A stretch of DNA of 64,000 nucleotides from a virus (taxonomy: Duplodnaviria > Caudoviricetes): IMG/VR virus record IMGVR_UViG_2757320666_000001, positions 1 through 64,000 of that record. One strand, 5' to 3'. Below the pieces are notes generated by a model. That model was given only the letters and a program-made list of their open reading frames with translations. It searched no databases and was not told where the DNA came from. Position numbers and translations under genes: made by a program. Below are positions 27,001 to 36,900 of this stretch, piece by piece. The stretch's first letter is position 1, and every line of letters starts with the position of its first letter.

Positions 27001-29877
27001 TATAGTGATTTATATGATAAAGGTTTGAGAGAAACTATTGTAGATAATTACATTTTATATGATTCAGACCCTGGTAATGGAGAACAAAGAGGTTTTGCTA
27101 AAAATCCACCAGATGATGAAATTCAATGGTTAGGAGAATGTTTAAATCTTTGGTTTGAATCTAATGTAAATATGAATTTAAGACAAGGTGCTACTGATAA
27201 TACACCTGACTTTCTTAATGCACCAGGTAATAGAGAATTAGGAACATCTTATGGAGAATGGGATGAAGAATATTTTGGAATACATTCAGTTGGTTCAAGA
27301 GAAATTGCTCCTACAAATTCTTTAGATATTCACATGGTTAAAAAATTAACTTATTTGAATAGTGAAAGAAAAGGAGGAAGAGCTTATATAGGACTTGCCC
27401 TTGCTGAAATATATCAAATTAATCAAGATTATAAAAGAAGAAATAAAGAAAAAATATATAATCATTTACCTTTGGAATATGATTGCTGTTCAGATTGTAC
27501 TGAAACATTTCCTCATAGATTGCATTGGTCTCAACAAGCATTTCAAGAAGAATTGACTGATAATTTTAGAAACTTTTTACCTAATAATTATAAAGATATT
27601 GAAGGAGAAACAGGTGTAATAACTGACTTGTTTAGAATCCAAAACAATCTTTATATTCATACAGAAGAAGCTCTGTGGCATCAACCACAAAACTTCCAAG
27701 AAAGAGTAACAGATAATATTATTTCTTTTATTGGAACAGGAGAATATTTTAATATACCACCAAGAAAAATTGTTGATGATAATAATAGTTCTTCTGGTAA
27801 TACTCATAAGTGGGGTAGATTGAAAACAAAAAATGGAGTATTGTTTCCTTGTCATAAAGAGAAAAAATGGTACTTATTTAATGGACAATCTCTTCAACCA
27901 ATTTCTGATACATACAACTCTAATTATTTTAGAGAAAATATGAAATTTAGAATGGCTGAAAGTTATTATAATGCTAATCACATTAATTATCCATATAATA
28001 ATAATCCATCAAATCCAATAGGAGTTGGTTATATTTCAACTTATGATACAAAAAAAGAAAGATTGATTATAACTAAAAAAGATTTTGATATTGCTGGTTT
28101 ACCTGATGGAGATTATCAATTATGCAATGAAGGTTTAGGAACAGTAATATTTCCTAATTTATCACAAATTATTGCTAATAGATTAGCTAATGGTTGGCAT
28201 TATGTTGGTATAGAAAATTGTAAGTTAAAATTTGAAAAAGTAGTTCTTGAAACAAGAATAGAAATAAGAACAATAACTACGAATGTTCCTAATAATAGTA
28301 ATATAGTTATACAGTTTGATAGGTCAGGTAGTTTTGGTAATGCTGGAGTTGCTAATGTTAAAGTAGCTGTATTAGCTTGGTTTACACAATTTAAAATTGA
28401 TAATCCAACATTTACAGGAAGATTAATTTATGTTTTAGCTGTTGAAAGATGTAGTGGTCAAGCATGGTTAAGTGTATTAAGATGGTTACAAAACAGTCAG
28501 CAAGTATTTTTAGTAGATAATACAGCAAATCCTTTAATTGGAATAGAAACACCTATAACAAATTTTAATACTATAAGTAGAAATATAATTATAGTTTCTA
28601 CTGTAAATGAAGCAGCTATAAATAGTTGTGGGGGTACTGGAGAATATCATACAAGTGGTATCAGTAATCCTACAGATGCTCCTTCTACAGAATATATTAA
28701 TGATTTTAATGATTATAACACAAGATATGATGCATTGATTGCTGCTGGATATAGCATTCATGGATTACAATATCCTATTGTTTATACAAGTATTCCTGGT
28801 CCTACAAGAGGTATGTTACAACATAGTATATCTGCTATTACAGGTAGAACATTGAATGCAACAGAATTAGCTTTTTTAGCAGCTAATATTAACCCTTTTG
28901 TTCCAACAGGAGATTATGCTTTATTATTAACAGTATTAGCAGGAGTAAATCCATATCCATCAGGTTTAAGTCAAAGAAATTGGCAATATAAACATACAAG
29001 AGGTTGGGATGGTACTGGAGATATAATTAGTCCTTTACAATTTGCTACTGATATAAATGGTTTTCTTGGAAGTTTAACTACAACAACACAAGTTGAAGTA
29101 GAAGTACAAATACCAGTATTAACTTATGAATATGAAGAAGGTGTACCTTTAGAAACAAATCTATTAAATAATAGTTTTACAATGAGTTACTCATTGAAAG
29201 ATACTAAATGGATTTCTTGGCATTCATATTTACCAAGTTTCTATATGCATGTTCAAGAGAAGTTTTATTCTTGGAAAGAAGGTTTGAGTAATATATGGAG
29301 ACATGGTAGAAGAAATCACTATCAAAATTTTTATGGAGAAAGACATCCTTTTATAGTAGAATATGTTGATAATTCAAATGCATTAATTAGTAAAATATAT
29401 GATGCAATTAAATTTCAAACAGAAGCTAAAGAATATGATGTAAATACAGATAGTTATATTGATAAAAGATTTATTACATTTAATAAAGTTCTGGCTTATA
29501 ATACTCATCAAATAAGTGGTATTCTTGATATGCTGGTAAAAGATGTTGATTTAGAATATATGAACAATCAAGTAGAAAATTCAGCAGGATTTATAAATCT
29601 TGATAGAAATGAAAGAGATTGGTGTATTAATGATTTAAGAGATTTATCTGTAAATCCTAATGTATCAATATTCAATAAAAATTTAACAAGTTTACAAGCT
29701 GATTATTTTATAGATAAAATAGTTAATAGTAATAGGATTGACTATAATAAGGATTGGACTGAAATGGAAAGTTTTAGAGATAAATTCATGGTGGTTAGAT
29801 TCATATTTGATACCTTTGACACCACAAGATTAATTATGAACTTCTCTGTGCAAGATTCAAAAGTATCTGAAAGATAA
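23992..29877 (+). CDS. Tail stabilization / muzzle protein (P22 gp10-like) with inserted domains
   Basis: N-terminal GGLSTD, GSYNFSIQYLDEDLNPTEF, GYMPGEIYSFGIVYIF, WISWHSYLP motifs; 1961 aa. Confidence 0.8.
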   Translation: MRDNNTVIQPGGLSTDTSYVNQPQGATTFVLNGVNETVEGDKGFIANEESNEPCYTIPQGFTPIGKVYIGNDETLIFLCSTNGDSMLAIVDRECNFSIQVSDVNQTEKFGFKISQQIDATFRLRKGCERVIYWIDPKPRIFILEKPEKFQDNTTGDWDISKFNLFKIYKTIPNFDDVEVLNNGGNLLSGSYNFSIQYLDEDLNPTEFITSSETVQVYNSDFTLPYRDVRGSTNTVTEYQNFGRSDKAIKITLSNLDETFPFYRLAITEATGGTGQITDTKFTQEISTQNTVFTYTGNNYESSGTQSDVLVFKNIIEKAGSIEQVENTLLLGNVKGKEVNLCNLQKYASKICADMVTKKVALNQLIDGNSKHTSVNLEGLGYMPGEIYSFGIVYIFDDNTLTPVYHIPGKSNLIPADTIFDAGQNIHPMALNNTSADNSYTDNDSCGGVNYWGVDSEGTQLTGQLVRHHRFPLRTDVNIPLLERVNTNTTTNVFKRIKVNIAGSIPTPTTCPLVDEPGYDPACVPVIANTFQYNLNYTIDGGTNLYEFIGQVKPSDYASSSASHIISENDYSNIIVATLVSFSTLDESQENGDILRIIGTIAGGIFTAISTNGDLIDPVTNLPTGTIKPGRGLTYTVELSNDIVETKDEQFTSDIFGIHFSNIEIPSELELNGNKIIGYYIVRNERIEDEKTILDSAVLTSTVQNAQFVSSGLLMPEMDNDSRIKKDIVSIINPEFKFNEKKYKNVTKIIQQGSFKRTEAIHSRTKIIDVQDGNSYQSGMKDAENGRFQGNGNNGPDGFLLQIKSRDNITTFTDKKDFEIDASKIKEIFFLPALGDKLIQDSADVGVDVFNLACDNKVGIMSLNENINFPIVNDVPYVYLVKDNANPYNNFRLTPYYKETLNPIYFTSTESSCDVFNGDSYITPIRYTNSIFYDNRLRKRAAKTSVWNYIAAALLVIVAVVIAIFTWGAGTAGSIALIGVAAAMVGGAAALVASGIKQDAWARAYSDLYDKGLRETIVDNYILYDSDPGNGEQRGFAKNPPDDEIQWLGECLNLWFESNVNMNLRQGATDNTPDFLNAPGNRELGTSYGEWDEEYFGIHSVGSREIAPTNSLDIHMVKKLTYLNSERKGGRAYIGLALAEIYQINQDYKRRNKEKIYNHLPLEYDCCSDCTETFPHRLHWSQQAFQEELTDNFRNFLPNNYKDIEGETGVITDLFRIQNNLYIHTEEALWHQPQNFQERVTDNIISFIGTGEYFNIPPRKIVDDNNSSSGNTHKWGRLKTKNGVLFPCHKEKKWYLFNGQSLQPISDTYNSNYFRENMKFRMAESYYNANHINYPYNNNPSNPIGVGYISTYDTKKERLIITKKDFDIAGLPDGDYQLCNEGLGTVIFPNLSQIIANRLANGWHYVGIENCKLKFEKVVLETRIEIRTITTNVPNNSNIVIQFDRSGSFGNAGVANVKVAVLAWFTQFKIDNPTFTGRLIYVLAVERCSGQAWLSVLRWLQNSQQVFLVDNTANPLIGIETPITNFNTISRNIIIVSTVNEAAINSCGGTGEYHTSGISNPTDAPSTEYINDFNDYNTRYDALIAAGYSIHGLQYPIVYTSIPGPTRGMLQHSISAITGRTLNATELAFLAANINPFVPTGDYALLLTVLAGVNPYPSGLSQRNWQYKHTRGWDGTGDIISPLQFATDINGFLGSLTTTTQVEVEVQIPVLTYEYEEGVPLETNLLNNSFTMSYSLKDTKWISWHSYLPSFYMHVQEKFYSWKEGLSNIWRHGRRNHYQNFYGERHPFIVEYVDNSNALISKIYDAIKFQTEAKEYDVNTDSYIDKRFITFNKVLAYNTHQISGILDMLVKDVDLEYMNNQVENSAGFINLDRNERDWCINDLRDLSVNPNVSIFNKNLTSLQADYFIDKIVNSNRIDYNKDWTEMESFRDKFMVVRFIFDTFDTTRLIMNFSVQDSKVSER

Positions 29878-29911
29878 TAAATATTAATCTGTATAAAAAT
29901 TCATTTTTATT

Positions 29912-31708
29912 ATGAAAAAAAAATGTGCTACTAAAAAGAAATATGGTTATGGCTCAAGTGGAGTTGGTAGTAACTATATAGAAAATCCTGCTACAACTAT
30001 AGCTAAAGGAGATATAATGAATGCAGAAGCAGAAAGAAAAGCTGCTAATAATCCCTGGATTCCTATTACTTTAATGGCTGGTCAATTAGCTTCAACAGCT
30101 ATTTCTGCTGGAGCAGGAAAAAGTGGTGCTAAAACAGGAGCAACAGATTTTACAGTAACAGGACAAGATACTGCTATAAATATACCTAATGAAGGAATGT
30201 CTCCTATACAACAACAATTCGTAAATGCTATGGGTAATAGTAATGCACAAGGTAATGTTGAAGTAGAAGGTAAAGAAGTTATTGAAACACCAGCAGGAGA
30301 AGTAGCAGAAGTAGAAGGTGCTTCACATGAACAAGGTGGTGTAAATATGAATGTTCCAGAAGGAACTAAAATTTATTCAAAAAGAATAGAAAAATTTGGA
30401 GAAACTATGGCTGAAAGAAAAATAGCCAGAGAGAGAAAATTAACTAATCTTAATAAATTATTAGAAAATTCTAAAGGAGATATTGCTGTAAAAAATGCTC
30501 ATGCGAGAAGTATAGAAGCTCTTAATGAACAAGAACAAGCTGATTTACAAACACAAGAAATGTATGGAGTTATAGCTGCTGTACATGAATTTGCTTTTGG
30601 TACAGATGAGAATGGAGTAAGAAAATATGGTGGTGGTACAGGACCAGGAGGAATAGAGTATGATGAATTTGGTAATCCAATTATAAAAGATTTACTTCAA
30701 AGTCAAATGATTACTCCAGGTGTAGTTGGTACTGCAAAATCGGTAAATAAAAAATATGCTACTGTACAAAATAAACCAGAAGCTCCTGATTACATGAAGA
30801 ATTTACAATCTTCACCTGTATTAAGTTTTGCTAATAACTTTGGAGAAACTTTACCAGAAAATAAAGATTATGGAGCAGGAGAATTTATAAAAGGATTTGA
30901 TAAAGGTGAACCTGATACTATATCTTTAACTGATGAAGAAGTATTGAATAAAGGTGGTAAATATGATGGATATTCTAATCCTGAATTAGCACCAGAAGAA
31001 ACAAGTATAGATAAACCAGGAAGTGTAGCAAGTAGATTTATAGATGGTGCTGGAAAATTTGTAGATAAGTCAGGTTTTAAAATGCCTGGTACTGGAGATT
31101 TAATTGGATTAGCAGGAGATGCAATATCAGCTTTTGCTCCAATGAAAAATACTTTAGAAAATAGAGCAGGAGATACTCCTAACATAAATGCTTTTAAAGA
31201 TTTTGGAAAAGATGCTTTAGAAGCTAATTTAGCTGCTATGGAAATGAGTGCTGGTCAAAAAGCAGAAGCATTAAGAAAAATAACAGCAAGTGCTAATGGA
31301 GCAAAAAGAATTGGTAGAAATTCAGCAAGAGGTATAAATCAAATGAGAGCATTGGATTTAGCAACTGATATAAATTCAAATGAAGCAAATCAAGGTGCTG
31401 TTGATAGTTTCCAAAGAACTATGCAAGAATTACTTGGTCAGAAAGCTGGTTTAGAAAATCAACAAGACCAAATGGTAATGAATGGGGAACAAGAAAGAGA
31501 TTTGAATGATAGAAAAGATAGAGATAATTTTTACACACAATTAGGTAAAGATAAATCTACTATGGGAGAAGGAGTTCAACATATTGGTAAAGATTTGAAT
31601 GCTATAAAACAAAATGATATGATGACAAATGTTATCAATCAATTATCTAAATATGGATTAGCTTTTGATGAAAAAGGTAATCTAATAGAAAAACCTAAAA
31701 CAACATAA
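29912..31708 (+). CDS. Virion cargo/ejection protein 1
   Basis: VEVEGKEV...VEGASHEQGGV motif characteristic of the first crAss cargo protein; Gly/Ala-rich. Confidence 0.7.
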   Translation: MKKKCATKKKYGYGSSGVGSNYIENPATTIAKGDIMNAEAERKAANNPWIPITLMAGQLASTAISAGAGKSGAKTGATDFTVTGQDTAINIPNEGMSPIQQQFVNAMGNSNAQGNVEVEGKEVIETPAGEVAEVEGASHEQGGVNMNVPEGTKIYSKRIEKFGETMAERKIARERKLTNLNKLLENSKGDIAVKNAHARSIEALNEQEQADLQTQEMYGVIAAVHEFAFGTDENGVRKYGGGTGPGGIEYDEFGNPIIKDLLQSQMITPGVVGTAKSVNKKYATVQNKPEAPDYMKNLQSSPVLSFANNFGETLPENKDYGAGEFIKGFDKGEPDTISLTDEEVLNKGGKYDGYSNPELAPEETSIDKPGSVASRFIDGAGKFVDKSGFKMPGTGDLIGLAGDAISAFAPMKNTLENRAGDTPNINAFKDFGKDALEANLAAMEMSAGQKAEALRKITASANGAKRIGRNSARGINQMRALDLATDINSNEANQGAVDSFQRTMQELLGQKAGLENQQDQMVMNGEQERDLNDRKDRDNFYTQLGKDKSTMGEGVQHIGKDLNAIKQNDMMTNVINQLSKYGLAFDEKGNLIEKPKTT

Positions 31709-31711
31709 GAA

Positions 31712-33910
31712 ATGGGAAGATTTTATCAAACATCAGATGCTAAATTTGTAGATAACAAAATGTTTGAAGCACCTCATCAACTAATGGCACAGGTACTTCA
31801 AAATAAAGATAAGGAAATTGATACAGAAATTACTTCTGCAACTGCTTATTTGGATAAACTAAAAGCTGATGTATTAACTCAAGATAGTCCAGAATTACAA
31901 CAAGAAATAAAAAACTATGAAGCTAAAATTACTGGTATAGTTGATAATATAAGAAATAATCCTCTTAATTATAATAAATATAGTTCAGATATAATGCATT
32001 TGGGTAGAGATATAAATGCTAACTGGACTACAGGTAAGATTGGTACAATGCAACAATATAAAAAAAATGTAGTTGCTGAATATGATAAATTAGATGAATT
32101 AGCAAAGAAAGACCCTAAAAAATATGATGCTGCTTATATAGCTGCTGAAAAAGCTAATATACTTGCTAAATACAAAGGTGTTAATTGGAATGCTGATATG
32201 AATAAAGCAGGAGCTTCTCCTGATATTCAAAATGCTTATTATGCTGCTGATTTTGATGATAAGTTTTTAGAACACATGAAAGCAAGTGGTTATTCTGTAG
32301 AAAAAGATACAAGAGGAGGAAATGGTTACATTTATAGACACAAAGAAGGAGGTAAACAATTAACTAAAGAAGAGATAGCTAATGCTATGTATTCTCAATT
32401 AAATGCAGATAATGATTATCAACAAGCTGTTGAGAGAAGAAAACAATTAGGTGTTAGTGGTTATGAAAATGCAGATTTGAGTAAAGCCTATGTTTATGAA
32501 AAAAATGAAAAAGGTATTCCTCAATTTAAAGGTTTTAATAATGACCATTATGGCAAAATGATAAATGCTGCTGCTCAAACTTATTCACATAAAGACACAG
32601 AAGTATCAGATACTATTCATAATGATGAAGGATATTGGAAAACTTGGGATAGAGCTAATAAATTAGCTGATGATGCTAAAGAAGAAGCTGAAAATGTAAA
32701 TACAAGTTATGAATCTGTATATCAAGTAGGTACTAACTCTTCATCTAATTTTCAGAAAACTCTTACTCAAACTAATCAAAATCTTGGTGCTATTCAAGAT
32801 AATATTAATACTCAAATTAAAAACTTAAAAGTTAAGCCTGGTAGTGATATGGAAAAACTTATCAAAAAAGGTAATGTTCAAGCTATGGTTGCTGCTGGTA
32901 TGTCAGAAGCAAGTGCTATAGAATTATCTTCTCAATATAAGTCAGAATTAACTAAAAAGAATTTATTAAATGCTCAAGCTCAAGGATTTATAGAATATGC
33001 TAAAAAGACAGGAAGAAAATTTGATACTACTAAAAATGGTTGGTTAAATGACCCTAATGCTCAAAAAGCATATAATGAATATTTAACTGTAAATGGTACT
33101 AAAGAAAAAAATAATGTTAAAGAAAATTTAGTAACTTTAAATGGTATAGGTTTAAATAAAAATACAATAACAGAATTAAAAGGTGTTATAGAACAAAGAT
33201 TTGATGATGTTGCATTTAATATAGACCAAACAGTAAAAGGTTCTCAATTAAAATTTGAAGATAAGAATGGTAATGAAATAGTTTATGTTGCTGCAAATGA
33301 TAAAAGAGCAGGTAAAACTGAAAAAGTCAAAGCAGGAATAAAACCTGCTGTTGAAACAGGTTACTTTGATTTCAAATTAGATAAACCAGCAGAACAATTA
33401 TATAAAACAAGAACCTATAAAGTTGCTCCTGGAGGTAAATTGTCTGTATCTCAATTAATTAGTGAAGGTGGTATAGAACAAAGAACTAACAAAGAAGGTA
33501 AAAAAATATATATTACAAGACAAAATGGTAAAGAAGTTGGTTTACAAGTAGATGAAAAAACAGTTGGTTTAGATATGGCATTAGATAATGCTGGTCAAAG
33601 TAATTTAGGTATGAGTGTACAAATTGGAGATTATAGATTACCAGCATTGGTTTCTACTAATCAAATCAGTACACCAAGTATAGATAATTTTGTTTCTAAA
33701 AATAGACCAGAAATGGAATGGAGAAAAACAATGAATCATACTAATATTAATACATTAGGTAGGAGAACTGTTCCAGCTATGAATGGAGAATCTTATGAAA
33801 CAGACCATGGAAAAGCATATATTATTCATAAAGATGGAAGTAGAACTCAATTACTTAAATCAGAAGAAATAGATAAAGTACATCAAATTATTTATTCTGA
33901 ACAAAATTAA
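31712..33910 (+). CDS. Virion cargo/ejection protein 2
   Basis: MGRFYQT...P N-terminus, helical, located between cargo 1 and the RNAP gene. Confidence 0.6.
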   Translation: MGRFYQTSDAKFVDNKMFEAPHQLMAQVLQNKDKEIDTEITSATAYLDKLKADVLTQDSPELQQEIKNYEAKITGIVDNIRNNPLNYNKYSSDIMHLGRDINANWTTGKIGTMQQYKKNVVAEYDKLDELAKKDPKKYDAAYIAAEKANILAKYKGVNWNADMNKAGASPDIQNAYYAADFDDKFLEHMKASGYSVEKDTRGGNGYIYRHKEGGKQLTKEEIANAMYSQLNADNDYQQAVERRKQLGVSGYENADLSKAYVYEKNEKGIPQFKGFNNDHYGKMINAAAQTYSHKDTEVSDTIHNDEGYWKTWDRANKLADDAKEEAENVNTSYESVYQVGTNSSSNFQKTLTQTNQNLGAIQDNINTQIKNLKVKPGSDMEKLIKKGNVQAMVAAGMSEASAIELSSQYKSELTKKNLLNAQAQGFIEYAKKTGRKFDTTKNGWLNDPNAQKAYNEYLTVNGTKEKNNVKENLVTLNGIGLNKNTITELKGVIEQRFDDVAFNIDQTVKGSQLKFEDKNGNEIVYVAANDKRAGKTEKVKAGIKPAVETGYFDFKLDKPAEQLYKTRTYKVAPGGKLSVSQLISEGGIEQRTNKEGKKIYITRQNGKEVGLQVDEKTVGLDMALDNAGQSNLGMSVQIGDYRLPALVSTNQISTPSIDNFVSKNRPEMEWRKTMNHTNINTLGRRTVPAMNGESYETDHGKAYIIHKDGSRTQLLKSEEIDKVHQIIYSEQN

Positions 33911-33913
33911 TCT

Positions 33914-33921
33914 TATATTTG
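33914..33921 (+). promoter_or_regulatory. Bacteroidota -7 box TATATTTG with A-rich leader
   Basis: tatatttgtaaaaaaataaatttatATG; nearly identical to the leader at 46810. Confidence 0.65.
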
Positions 33922-33938
33922 TAAAAAAATAAATTTAT

Positions 33939-36900
33939 ATGTTACCACCTAAAAGAAAGAGTGCAAGTTTAGATTTTTTAAACCAAAGTATAGAAAATAA
34001 AAAGAAAACATTTTCTTCACAAGTAGTTAATAATCAGCAAAATAATACTGCTAATGTATCACAAGAAGAGCTTACCTCTCAAGATATGAGTTTAGGTAAT
34101 GTGTCTGCTGGTACATTGGACATGATGTATAAATCTTCTACTGAAAGAGAAAGAGAAGATTTTTTCAATTCTCAAGCTAAAAAAGAAGCTGAAAAATTAG
34201 CTAAAGCTAAAACTCTTGATGATAATGGTGTTCTTGCTGAATTAAAAAATAAAGTAGGGGAAGAAAAAGCTATTGAATTTTTAGATATTGATGAAAAAAT
34301 AAAAGAAAAAAGAAAGAAAAGTATTGATTTCATTGATGATAATGGAGTTAATATTTTTGCTCCTATTTATAAATTACATGATTATTTTGCTGATGATGAG
34401 AATAAATGGGGTAAAACAGCTAAAGAAGAAAAAGAATACAATGATTTAATTACATACAGAGATAATAAAATTATGCCTGTAATGAATGAAGTTAAAGAAA
34501 GTTTTAAAAATAGATTTAAAGAAATTGAAGAGAAAGCTAAAAAATATAGAGATGCTAAACTAAAAGATGATGCACAAATAGTATATCATAAAGATGGAAG
34601 TGTTGGTCCAAAAGCATCTGTTCCAGATAGACTTACTGGTTATCAAAAAAATACATCAGAAGATAATTATACTCCATATCAAGAAGAGATAAATTATAAT
34701 ATTGCTAAAAAAAATTATGAAGAAGTAATAGAAACTTTAGAAGATTATACTACTGGTAATACAGGATTTTGGTCAGGATTTGGTACACAAAGTAAAGACT
34801 TAAAATCATTAGGGTTATATAGTATAGCTAAAGATATTAAAAGTATTCCTATTATTGAAAAACAAAATAGAATAGTAAATGAAGTAACAAAGAATACAGA
34901 TAAAAATGGTAATGTAAAAAAAGGTTATGTTCCTTCTGAAACACTTACTGATAGTGAACAAGCTGTTATAGAATCTATTGCTAAAAAACAAAATATTGAA
35001 GCAAGAGATTTAATGCATGATAATAGATTATACAGAACAGGTAAAGGTGTTGCTACATCTGCTGTTATGATGGAACAAATGATAGCTACTGCACCAATAG
35101 GAGGTCCTATAGAAACTGCTGTGGGTAAATTTGTTGCAAGAGATGCTATAGGATTAACTCTTAATACTGCTTTACAACAAGGTGGTAAGAAACTTGCTTT
35201 AAAAATGATAGGTGGAGAATTAGCAGGAGGAACAGCAAGTTTAGCTGTACAAGGACTTGTTAATCCTATGACCTATGGTGGTTATGCAAAAGACCAAATT
35301 GGAAATGTAGAAATATCACATGATGAAAATGGTAAAGAAATTTATCTAACAAGTCAAGCAATCTATAACAAATATAAAAAAGACTTTAATTTAAAGAATG
35401 TTCAAATAGATAGTCAAATAAATAAATTATCTAAAAATAAAACAGAAGAAAATTTAGCTAAAATAGAAGAATTACAAGGAATGAAAGATTCTTTAGCTGA
35501 TGAATTATCTTTAATACAACCACATAGTAAAGTTGAATCAGCTTTGTTTGGTTATTCAGAATATTTAAAAGAAGCATTTGCTGAAAGATTTGTTGGAGAA
35601 GCACTTGGACCATTAGGTAAATTAGCTAAATCTGAATCTACTATGTTAGGTAGAGGTTTAACTAAACTATCTGATAGTAAAATAGGTAAAGGATTATCAG
35701 CAATTAATGATAAATTTGTAAAGGGTAGAAATGCTATGAATAATTTAGCATTAGGTAAAATATCTACTCAAGCTATTGCTCATACAGGACAAATGAATAT
35801 GTTAGATTCATTACCTGGAGAAGTATTAGAAGAAGTATTTACTGCTTTAGTACCTACTTATGGTCAAGATTATGGTAAACAATTAGAACAATTAAGTGAT
35901 TCAGAATTTTATGAAGATGTAATAGCTCAAACTCTTATAATGAATGGAGCTATGGGAAGTGTTGGTATGGGAATGAGAGCCAATAATTTCAGATTAGATA
36001 AAAAAGCAATTGCTAAAATTTATAGAAATATTGATGCTGCTACAACAGATGAAGATTTAGCTGCTCATATTAATATGAATACTTCTGGTAGTTTATATAG
36101 CCCATTAGAATATGATGCTATGATAACTAAATTAAGAGATAGTGGTAAAACTGAACAAGCTAATAAATTAGAAAAAACAAAATTTGAAAGATTAGCTGCT
36201 CATGCTATAAGAACAGGAACAATAACTAATTTTCAAGAAACATTATATAAAGTGTTATTAAAACCTGATACTGAAATATCTGCTGAAACTAAATTAAATA
36301 TACAACTTGCTAAAAAGAGAATAGATGAATTAAAACAAGTTTATGATGCACATTCAGAAAAACAAAATTTTGGAACAATATTTAATTTAGCTGAAAAGAA
36401 ATTAGCAAATAAACAGACTATTGAAGAATTAGATAAACATATTGTTGAGAATAAACAAAATGCTAAAGAAGAAATAGATGCTTTTATAACAAGAGAAGGT
36501 ATTAAAATAGATTATTCTATTGATACTTTATTGGATAGACAGTTTGAAAATGAAGAAGACCAACAAAAATATAATTCATTTTTAGATAGATTAGAAAAAG
36601 AAAACTTATTAGCTGTAGAGAATCATAAAAATGCTACAATGTTAAAAGATACTTTGAATAGTAATCAAAGTATATTATTAAAAAATTATAATGACCAAGT
36701 TCATCCTCTATATCAAAAGAAAATGGAGGAGAAAAAAGCTATTTTACAGGATTATAATTCTATTGTAGAACAAATAAAACAAGAAGGTTCTGAAAATGCA
36801 GAATTTAATTATCAAAATGAATTACAAGAAACTCCTGCTTTAATTGAAAGTGTAGTTGAAAAACTTAAACAAAAAGATATTACTGGAGAAAATAAAGATT

